A stretch of 64,000 nucleotides of DNA from Phoronis australis (taxonomy: Eukaryota > Animalia > Phoronida). Positions within the stretch are counted from its first letter, which is position 1, and each line of letters opens with the position of its first letter. Of the stretch, positions 54,642 to 64,000 are shown one piece after another. The notes under the pieces were generated by a model. It was not told the origin of the DNA. It did not search any database and worked only from the letters and a program-made list of their open reading frames with translations. Both the position numbers and the translations under genes were made by a program. The DNA lies in the NCBI GenBank assembly GCA_002633005.1, contig NMRA01000237.1, positions 492,092-556,091 on the forward strand. Reading direction: 5' to 3'.

Positions 54642-57600
54642 CTGAAAAGAAAACCGCATACTTTAAAGAGCGTAGAACAAGTGTGTACGTCAAGGATCAA
54701 GCCAAAATTACAAACCTAGAAATGGAATAAATTGAGTTAGCACTAAACAATTTCATCCAAATGGTGAGCCAAATATCAGGCGCATTGCATGAGACACAAT
54801 CCGAGTACTTACTATAAAGTGAACCGTTGGTCAATATCTCTTTCTCACTTTTATGAAGTCGTATTACACGATTCATGCCTGAAACTTCATCATGACTGCA
54901 AGTCTACCTAACTATCATTCTGAAGATGACCGCAGCCACTGTTTCGAAAACGTTCAATCTATTGTAAGTGCTCGATTGTGTCTCATGAAATTCGACTCAT
55001 ACAACTAAGCGAGCGATGAATATTCTCGCTGTCAGTCCATGGATTTATCATGCGTAATTTAAAACGCAAAATCACGGTATTGGAGAACGAAGACACGGGT
55101 CCCACACTAAAACTTGAACCAAAACAATGGTTTTCAACGATCACACAGTAGCTTCCGTGGCTTTAAAGTGAACGACTATTGCAATGAAGAAATGAAAAAT
55201 TCTAAGCCTTAGTATTCATGTTTCTAGTTAACGTTTTTAACAAGTCTGGTCAGTAGTCAGTGCAAAACTGATCTTAGTAAGTCTTGTAAACCACCGTTTA
55301 TATTAGTCAAAAAATGGATTCACTTGATTGAGAACGCCTGTTCTGTCGAGTCAATGGGCTAAGACATCTGATTGGTTCTCGCTGACGTCTCCCATCTTAC
55401 AAACCAATCAGGTGTCTTCGTCGCTTGGTAAGGCGGAACTGGCGAAGACAATCAAGTGCATCCAGTGAGAGCTGACGGCGGTTTGAAGCTGCCGTCGTCA
55501 ATACGCGCATTGCTAAAGACTGGAATTTGTACCATACAAGAAAGACTGACTTACCGGAAAGGCAAAACACGTTAACAGAAAACTAATTTCGCGACAGCGA
55601 AAATTATTTAAAGTAACAAAACACTTGGAATCAAATGTAGTATCACGTGTTCAGGAAAGGAAACCCGCTTATTCTCTGATCTATCAATACCCATGTTACT
55701 TTTGACGCTAAAATGTGCTGGCAAACGCAGTTCAACTACATGTTCATTCCCAAACACTAAAGCATTGCCCTTTCGGTAAGCCCATGATTTTCAAGTGAGG
55801 AACAAATTAAGAACCTTTTTAACAGTAATAAGTCTAATTCTAAAGTCGGTGTTTTTGAAAATCACCGTTTTGTGGCATTATGTGGGCCGCTGCGTAACTG
55901 AGTAGTTCATCACGTGTTGGACTTTGGAAAGGGTGTTCCGTTGTAATCTATTACATTGTAATACTTACTTCTGTCTTTAATCCTAATTCTCGATCAGACA
56001 AACTTCTTTTTACTTTTGGACGAGGCTGAAAAAATAAATGACAGTGTCATAACCATATGATCACAACAAAAAAGGAGGATTTGTCCCTAAGACAAGACAA
56101 GAAAGACCGAATTTATGGATCTACTGCAGGTTGCATAAAACAATACCAAGAGGGACTCAACTATGTTCTTTAACTTTTCAGCCTATATTTGCTTATGACG
56201 CTTTCTACATGCGCGCACCCGGGGGGGCTCCGAGAGATCGAACGAGCCCCCCATTTGGCGAAGTGGGCAAAAAGGTCCCCCTCGGAGCAACAAAAGCCCG
56301 AGGAAATGACACAAAAGTCCACTAAAAAGGCGTATACGCACAATTCACAGCTCCGAACGTGGTACCCCGTTTTTTTTTAGTTTTCCAGCCTTTTGTCAGT
56401 AAAAGGTCCACATGGTCGGAAATTCGAGCCCCCCATGTTAAAAGCTGGGTGCGCGCATGTTTCTAAAAACATATTTGGAAAATGAGCCCTGATTTCAATG
56501 AAAAAAAAACATTGACCTTTTTATGCAACGCCCTCAATTTAAGGACTTAACCTCCAGTTTCGTAGCTCAACGTATACTTTACTCTCGCTATTCATCAAAG
56601 CTAAAACTTGACGAAGCAATGAAGATAAAACAACAGAAGATAATCAGTGTTTTCAGGAAGTCTACAAATGCGCTGAAAACTCGGGAAAGATATCCGAGTC
56701 CCTGTTGGGACTATTTCACGCAACCGGCCGCTGGGGCCTGTTTCACTGTAATGCCACCAGTTTACAACGTCTTTTAGACAGTTACTTACAACCAGTTGCA
56801 CGCAATGATTTTGACGTAAATCTCCGTTTAGACTTTCGATAAAAACGTCCCCAAGTTAGGATATTTTAGGCCTCTCTACAGTGACTACTATTCTTCATAA
56901 TAGGACTGTTTCACTAAAGAGTCGTAACTTTAGGACAAGTCCGAAGTATTGGCGTAAATCTCCGTTTCGACTTACAAAACGGTAGTGAAATGTTACTGAA
57001 ACACGCCCCTGCAATCAAATGCATGTCGTGACGCTCCAGAGTCCCGCAGGTTACGTTTCAAAATTCTGATCACCTTTCAATAGGGACCATGGCTCAAATT
57101 TGGCTGAGATACTTGTGCGCCCAGAGTGCCTACAGAAAACTTGTGAACCTCAAGTAAAACACAGCAAAATGTTCATAAAGAACGACAGCTGTACGATTTA
57201 GTTTTTGCCACCGAATGTTTGAATGCGTTCCGCAGACGCACAACGCTCACAAGGAAAGCTAGTGTAATCACGTCCTTCGCTTGTAATACATCTCCATATC
57301 TTGGGAAGACTTACGTGATCTTCACGAGTGTTATGTTATTACGAAATGCAGGCCTGCTAAATGAAAGGTGAGTTTTGGTAGTTATTTCAGCAAGAACGCC
57401 TATCACACTAAAATTGACCATTGTCGCAAAAAACGCAATCGAATTTGAACTCCTCGCAAAACACAAAAAGATGTCGGACAAATTAACATACCAGCTCATA
57501 TGTTCCTCCGACCGGAAATTCGTCGAGATCATAACCTTCGTAGCTTTCGATCATCTGTAATACAAAAGAACATTACTCCACTGACTGCTCGTTTATGTTC

Positions 57601-60600
57601 AAAACTGGCTATAGGAAGTGCATTGTGGGTGTTAACAGGGCTTGGGGTCATCTTATATACTAATACTGTTTCTATGGCGCCTCTTTAAGGATCTCTAAAG
57701 CCACAATTTTTCTAATACATGGCAACTTAAAGCATTAATCCAAAGGAAAATACTTTTCCTTGTCTACATCGCAACCCCATCAAGAGAAATCTTCACAATA
57801 CGAAACAGCTTCTGATTCAAACAGCTTTCAGCTTTGTTGCAACTATGTAAACACGCTGGATATACTTGATTCGTCTCTTTCTGACGACTATCTGTCTATC
57901 TGAGTATGTAAATCATCATAGTTCTAAGATTGATATGCACGTCAATATCTGCACGATTATTTGTGTAATGGCGATCGCAAGGCTGTGAGGTTTGTCACTA
58001 GATTACTAAAAAAGAACAGCGGTAGATTTGCTATTTGAACGTGCACTTGGCTGGAAAACGGTAGCAATAGACGTGAACGTTCTAGCAGGAATCACGCGTG
58101 ATCAGTGGTTAATCTGAGGACATAGGATTGCACGCCAGGAAACAAAAATTGTGGTGAAACATTATTTTCTGCCGAGACTGAATAAGTAAACCCTGCCATG
58201 AAATCGTAGACCCGCTGCTGATCTATGAGGTGTCTACCGTTCCGAAGACGTGGAGTAAAATTTTCCCTTATATGTGAATGTTATCTAGGCATACCGGAAA
58301 TTTTAGGCTACAGGAATACCCGAGGTGTTTCAGTTGGTTCTCTGCCTACAAAAAATCTATCGCAGTTGGAAAACAGAAAACAAAACCGGTGACACAATGC
58401 TAACTCACCGGGTATTCCGGGTCGTTTCTCATATTAATAAGTTGAACATTTGAATGCTTGTAAAATTTGCCGTTGAATGGAGGTGCATCATGTGAATAAT
58501 CGGAGCTGGTTGGCGATGAGGAATGCTTCCTTCGGCGACGGAGCATGTACATGCTGATGGCGACGATGGCGACAAGAACCAAAAGTAGAATGACGCCAAC
58601 GACAATGATGCCTATCGCCCAGGCTGGAAGGACTGTGGCAGAGAAACGAAGTTACGAGTTAGATATGCTATTTGCGTCCGTCAGAATAAGAGTCTAAACA
58701 ATTTACAATAAATGTAGGAATTTTAGAGTCCCGAATTGAATCTATAAGACAACGCCAGCCCAATCTGAATTCATACTGACACCGTTTCACATAAATAACA
58801 ACTGATAAGCGATCAATTGAAGCTCTAAAGACGACAGAGAGGCATAATCTGTTTCTGTTGTTTGTCACAATTTGGTGGACTAAGCTAGCACATAAAAGAA
58901 CTAAAATTTGACTTTAAGTGTGGTCATTATAATAAGCATTCCATATACCACATTCTCCCAGTCATACACCCTTTGTTTATCATAAACAGTGTTGATATCC
59001 ATACCATTCCCAATATTCCATAGGTAGTTACTGAAGTCGTACTAAACACCTCGTTTCAAATGAGTTGTTCTTATATCAATGAGTCTAAATATTATATAAG
59101 TAAACGCAATGATCTACCCTAGTGCCTTGTATCGGATAAACCGCTCAAGAGTATTTACCCATTGATGTTTATGATGGGATTTCCAGGGTAATATCTTATT
59201 AGGGTATTAGTTATAAATAAGCGCACAGTGATACAGAGGCGTAATTTTGTCACCTGACCAATTGTCAAGGGAATATGCGATTAAATATAAAAATAACGAG
59301 CATGGATAATCCTCTTTTAAGTTCCGCCATTTGTAATCAACACTGAGCGCCCTCTATTGAGATTGCAATCACACTAACAATTTCCCTTACCTTTTTCATC
59401 ACAGTTGTCTCCTGTAAATCCCTCTTTACACAAACACGTCGTGTTTTTGCCTGTGTTCGGGAGACAGTGGCCATTATTATTACACGAGGTGTCGAGACAC
59501 ATCTCTGCAAAGTACATAATACATGTTCAACTTCAAATATACAAAGGATTTAGTTTAATTTATCGTTGAATTTAAATAGTTAGATTTTATATTTTGTTTT
59601 TGCCTACTACAAATTTGCCAAAAATGTGAGAGTCACAGAATTACCGTTTCCGTTACAGCCGCCTAAACAAAAGACACCTCTCGCAAAAATATGAAATTTT
59701 CTGAAAAGCCACCTCTAATTAAATTAATCATTGAAATCCTTTTGAAAAGGGATTACTTTCGTTGTGCTATGTTAGTTTTATGTCTTAAGGAATTTAATTA
59801 TATTTCCTAGTTTAAGGTTTTAGTAACCTAAATTTTATGGATTTTGAGTACTTCGAAGTTTAGCGTTTTGGTTTCTACACAAAACGTTACTGCGTTGAAT
59901 TTATTTATTTTACGTTATATTTTGATGCTCATCGTATTTCCTGTAACAATTGTTTTTGAGTCATTTTTTCAGCGTCACATACGAATGGGCAATTAAACTT
60001 TCACAAAAACGCACCAATTTTAAAAACCACGATTACCTCTCTATTTTTCACTCGATCGCTATTATGCTGTGTTGTTAGGTGGCGAAACGAGTTACGTTGA
60101 TGGGGACAATGTAAGACAAGAACTTTTTTATAATAAATTCACAATTGTCGTTTAAATTAAGTCACATTTATTGTGTGTGCCTATTGTTTGGTGTGACGTC
60201 ATTATATTTTCATTTGTCCGTAATCTGTCAAACGAAAATGCGGATTCCGTACTGCGTTTATTTGAAAGGATTAATTGTGTAGCGAATGAATGCACATAAC
60301 GGCCACGGGAATTGACTGAAGAGAAAATAAATAACGGGAAATGCCCGAAAAGGTAACAAAAACATTTTTGAATAATATAGAAATAATATTTTTTTCTCAA
60401 AATTGAAGATAGAATGAATTGCTTGCTATTTTAATGGGTATATTTTGCAAGTTTTGCGATTTTGTAATCCACAAAAATTACTATCTGGTTGTGGCGACAG
60501 GCGAAGTTTCCAAAGACTGACAGGCTGGGAAGATGGCACAAGCAAAAATTCACACTTACGTGAAGGTATGGCTCTTAAAGAGTAGAATAAAAACCCACTG

Positions 60601-63600
60601 ACTCACGTGTACATGTTCTTCCCTTTAGCGTACTGGCAGGTTGGCTTTCGTCTTTGTAGTTGTCATTACAAGTACACGTATACGACCCCCCATCATTTTT
60701 GCACGTGGCTTCCTTTGAACAATCATCATTGCCGCTCCCGCAAAAGTCGTAACCTGAACAACAAGATTATGCAAGAATATTGCCAGTGAGTACAAAGCAT
60801 TGCTTTTCAAAAATCTGCTCGTATGTCCGTAATGACAAAAGGCAAACTAGTAGAGTTTGTCAGCGTTGAATGGCTCGAGTCGGTGACTACATACTTAACA
60901 TTCACCGATCTACTCTCAAATGACGAAGAATGCTGCTGCGGCTGTTGCTGTTCAGTGCTGCTAGTGATGGTACTGCTGCTGCTGATGGTATTCAGTGCTG
61001 CTGGTACTACTGGTGCTGAAGATGATAATGATGTGACTGACCGACTACAATCTATCAAAATGGTAGCAAATCTTGGTCGTGGTTTCTAGCGAATGATCAC
61101 CGCGTCTACATCAAAATACTGCTCTGTAACCGTTATCAACCCTCAGTTGTTTTTAGCACACCTGAAGACTCCAAACAGGCACTTCGAAATTGGCAGGCGT
61201 GACGAATGCTTTGAGCGAGTGAATCGATAAGTGCAGGGACCCCATCATGACCCAAACAGAACCCACTTTTGTACCCAATCGAGAGATGGTTTTGGCTGAA
61301 TGATATTCTTATATCCTCCTAGTGGGTGTGGTAATGGTACAATAACGTATTGTAGACAGGTTTTGAATGACAAAAACATCATTAAGTATAGTTTCAAAAA
61401 GAAATGATTTTGGCTTAACCAGCATGGCACTTAAATTTCACCTTTATTTTCTTCAAAAGTGCCTTAGATAAATTTTGTTTTTATTATTGACCTAGCGTGC
61501 AAGACAGATATTCTTTTTGGAAACTCACTTGCCACTTGAAGTTCAGCAACGGGAACATCAGTCGAGGTCAAATTCGTAAAGATATCGGATGCGCTTTTTG
61601 TTTCTTGTTTCACTTGTTGAACAAGCGTTGCCACATTCTGAGTAAGAGCGTCCTGAATATTCTGTACAGTTGGCGGCGTTTGAGTCGCAGAGCTTTCCGT
61701 TTCAACGGTGTACGTCACATCTAAGCTTCCGCATTTGCAGACGCCTGGTACAACTTTAAGAGTTGTTACCACTACCGAGGATTTTTTGTTCAATGTATTT
61801 TCAATCTGAAACGAAATTAATCCAAACGATGTTAACCAATTAGTCTTGTTAATAATGACCAAGAAAGTGAATGATGGGAAGTTACGAGCTCGACGAATTG
61901 TAAATATTTACCGTCGCCTAGACACGGTATCCGTATAAAAAGCAATCGAGCGGACCATCTTTTCCTCAGGTGAGACTTTATAAAGTAACGGCGGTTGACT
62001 TCGGGATATTGAAGAGTTTTCTTATAACTCCATACAGTTATGAAGAGATGACGCCAATCACAACAAAATCTTCCACGTTAGTTTCTCATATCATAAAAAG
62101 GTGCTTTTCCAGAAATCAAACATTTTCTCCAAATCCACTCACTGCAAAGTATCTTTAAAGACACCGGAGGGCCGCGGGGATTTTCCCTACGTGATCATTC
62201 GTCATTGCTTCGCAAAGTATCCTATCCAAATAGGTCAATTCATCCGAGTTCATTTAATTCATTTGCTGTACTATAACCCGGTATGAAACAAGCTCTGGTT
62301 TCTCAACCTATTTGCATGCAAGTGTCTAAAAAACTATACAATTTTCATTTAGTAGGCTGAAGATAAAGACCTTCATCATCAATGTATTTGCCTGTAGTAG
62401 GTATGTCTGAGATGTGAAACTTAAGAACTTCGGCACCGTGCTCTAAATTAAGAACATCGAGGGTAGAAATGGTAAACAAATGAAAACGTTGAACTTACAA
62501 GGAAGTTTGAATAAAACTTTGCAATGACATCGTTCACAGGAACAAATGCTAGCATGCCTTACAGTTTCATGTCACCTCAAAAAGATACTGAAGCTTGAAG
62601 TAACTTTAACACAAAGGCATCAGGTTATGCATCATACTTTTACACGACATTACGTCACATTCAAGGGATAAAGATAAAATAAGGAAGATGCTCACTGCTT
62701 TAAATACGCCTTTACAAACGTTTTCTCTTTCTCCTTCTGGTAAGGTGGCACAATTAGCAACACTGAATTTGGCTTTACCCTGCATGGTTCTTTTTTCTGT
62801 AAAATGAAAATATCATTAAATGGCGTCACTGACAAAGTTGCATTGGGGGTGGAAAAAGAATATTTGTGCTACAGTCATGACTCTGTGATTAAGTTGAACC
62901 TAAACATACCAACACGACCAAATTCACTGCTATAAGGTGCTGTTGTATAAGTCAAAAAGCAAAATCGAACGATTAAATTTACAGCAGAAAAATAGTTAAA
63001 CAAAGAATTTTCTTATAACCAATTAAAGTTCTCATAATCTTCTGGTTCATTTGAATTGAGAGCCATCTGCAAAGGGTACAAATTGGACAAAAGGTACAAA
63101 TTGTCCCTACACTCAAAATACGACACTGCAGGATAAATAACATATCTATATGCGTACCACCTGAAATACAGCAGAGCAAGGTGAAATTAGAATTTGAATC
63201 AGCTTTGAAGTAACTACTTAACTGTGCTACACTTTCACTAAAGAAACAGATTTTAACTAAGTACGTGAGATAGCTCTTACCAAATTCACACTGTGGTCCG
63301 CTTCGAGTGCCTAAACACACACATTGGGCTGGATTCCCTTGAGACGTGTCACATTTGGAAACACCAGATGGACAATCCGCACAGGTGCCGGAAGTAGATG
63401 TAGGAGCAGAAGTAGTAGTCGCAGTGGCTGACGTAGAAGGCAGGATTTGGGAACTGCTTAATGTAGCACTAATGATTGCAGTCAACTTCGTTGCAACCTG
63501 CGTACTTGATGATGCTACATCTGGTATACTTGATGTCACTGCAACTGGTGTGTTTGATGTCACTGCAGCTGTTGTGCTTGATGTCACTGCAGCTGTTGTG

Positions 63601-64000
63601 CTCGATGTCACTACAACAGGTGTGCTTGATGTAACTGCAACTGGTGTGCTTGATGTCACTACAGCTGGTAAGCTTGGTGTCACTGCAGTTGGTGTGCTTG
63701 ATGTCACTGCAGCTGGTGTGCTTGATGTCAATGAAACTGGTGTGCTTAATGTCACTGCAGCTGGTGTGCTTGATGTCCCTGCAGCTGATGTTCTTGATGT
63801 CACTGCAACTGGTGTGCTTGATGTCACTGCAGCTGGTGTGCTTGATGTCACTGCAACTGGTGTGCTTGATGACATTGCAGCTGGTGTGCTTGATGTCGCT
63901 GCAGCTGGTGTGCTTGATGTCGCTGCAACTGGTGTGCTCGATGTCGCTGCAGCTGGTGTGCTCGATGTCACTACAGCTGGTGTGCTTGATGTAAAACGGG
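54405..64000 (-). CDS. Transmembrane mucin: Ser/Thr repeat-EGF-SEA-EGF-EGF-TM-cytoplasmic tail (MUC13/HEG1-like), 5'-truncated
   Basis: Eight exons join in frame with GT-AG sites: 63281-64000, 62696-62796, 61529-61805, 60607-60753, 59391-59504, 58409-58632, 55969-56025, 54405-54641. Confidence 0.85.
54788..54987. repeat. Inverted-repeat element (about 28-bp arms)
   Basis: catgagacacaatccgagtacttac versus gtaagtgctcgattgtgtctcatg. Confidence 0.6.
55315..55464. mobile_element. Small foldback MITE
   Basis: tggattcacttgattg / caatcaagtgcatcca, plus inner gacatctgattggtt / aaccaatcaggtgtc. Confidence 0.55.
55969..56025 (-). CDS. Mucin small cytoplasmic exon (57 bp)
   Basis: tttcag|PRPKVKRSLSDRELGLKTE|gtaagt; phase 0-0. 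Confidence 0.7.
56208..56459 (+). mobile_element. MITE family CATGCGCGCACCC, copy B (complete, 6-bp TSD)
   Basis: Perfect 13-bp TIRs flanked by tttcta on both sides. Confidence 0.85.
56734..57008. mobile_element. PIF/Harbinger-like MITE
   Basis: TIRs GGGCCTGTTTCA / TGAAACACGCCC with 3-bp CTG TSD; internal repeats cgtaaatctccgtt. Confidence 0.6.
58409..58632 (-). CDS. Mucin exon: transmembrane helix and juxtamembrane region
   Basis: LPAWAIGIIVVGVILLLVLVAIVAISMYML-RRRRK (basic stop-transfer); ccacag| and |gtgagt. Confidence 0.9.
59391..59504 (-). CDS. Mucin exon: EGF domain
   Basis: CLDTSCNNNGHCLPNTGKNTTCLCKEGFTGDNCDEK; phase 1-1. Confidence 0.9.
60607..60753 (-). CDS. Mucin exon: EGF domain
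   Basis: YDFCGSGNDDCSKEATCKNDGGSYTCTCNDNYKD..GRTCT; phase 1-1. Confidence 0.9.
61529..61805 (-). CDS. Mucin exon: SEA-like domain C-part
   Basis: IENTL..CKCGSLDVTYTV (GS-hydrophobic SEA motif); tttcag| and |gtgagt. Confidence 0.78.
62696..62796 (-). CDS. Mucin exon: SEA-like domain N-part
   Basis: ttacag|KRTMQGKAKFSV..VCKGVFKA|gtgagc; frame-compatible with both neighbours. Confidence 0.72.
63281..64000 (-). CDS. Mucin exon: Ser/Thr-rich repeats plus EGF-like domain (continues beyond window)
   Basis: (TSSTPAAV)n then CADCPSGVSKC..CVCLGTRSGPQCEF; donor G|gtaaga. Confidence 0.88.
63520..63992 (-). repeat. 24-bp coding tandem repeat (about 19-20 units; TSSTP[A/V]A[V/A])
   Basis: Plus-strand unit gctggtgtgcttgatgtcactgca repeated. 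Confidence 0.95.

Noticed and set aside
54920-54960. CTGAAGA..CGAAA as a Penelope-type minimal hammerhead ribozyme
   Set aside because: Stem II pairs poorly and no clear stem III or cleavage triplet is present; at best a decayed relic.
60807-61089. Ser/Gln-rich and Cys/Leu-rich ORFs in a mucin intron
   Set aside because: Explained by degenerate (TGC/TGA) trinucleotide low-complexity DNA; the flanking exons join in frame without it.
63644-63994. Plus-strand (CLMSLQLV)n ORF
   Set aside because: Antisense reading of the 24-bp mucin repeat.

Overview
AT-rich animal (invertebrate, probably protostome) genomic DNA containing two convergent multi-exon genes. (1) On the + strand, <1..50683 is the 3' part of an obscurin/UNC-89 giant muscle gene. 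It encodes the end of a PH domain, 5 Ig domains, 8 single-exon FnIII domains with Pro/Ser/Tyr/Arg-rich linkers, 2 Ig, kinase PK1 (intact motifs, split by a U12-type intron), a linker, Ig, FnIII and kinase PK2 (catalytic Asp replaced by Asn). Read-through of the donor at 40709 gives a 384-codon alternative terminal ORF ending in a hydrophobic tail, with its own AATAAA. This is a candidate membrane-anchored, single-kinase obscurin isoform and the most interesting observation here. (2) On the - strand, >64000..54405 is a transmembrane mucin with Ser/Thr repeat-EGF-SEA-EGF-EGF-TM architecture (MUC13/HEG1-like). Introns carry several MITEs and a Helentron/DINE-like element with a phased array of CTCF-like motifs. 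CpG density steps up sharply near 30.4 kb. The 2.6-kb tandem duplication around the N at 3245 is probably a haplotype assembly artefact. Exon boundaries were read by hand from splice motifs and reading frame; no transcript data or database searches were available.
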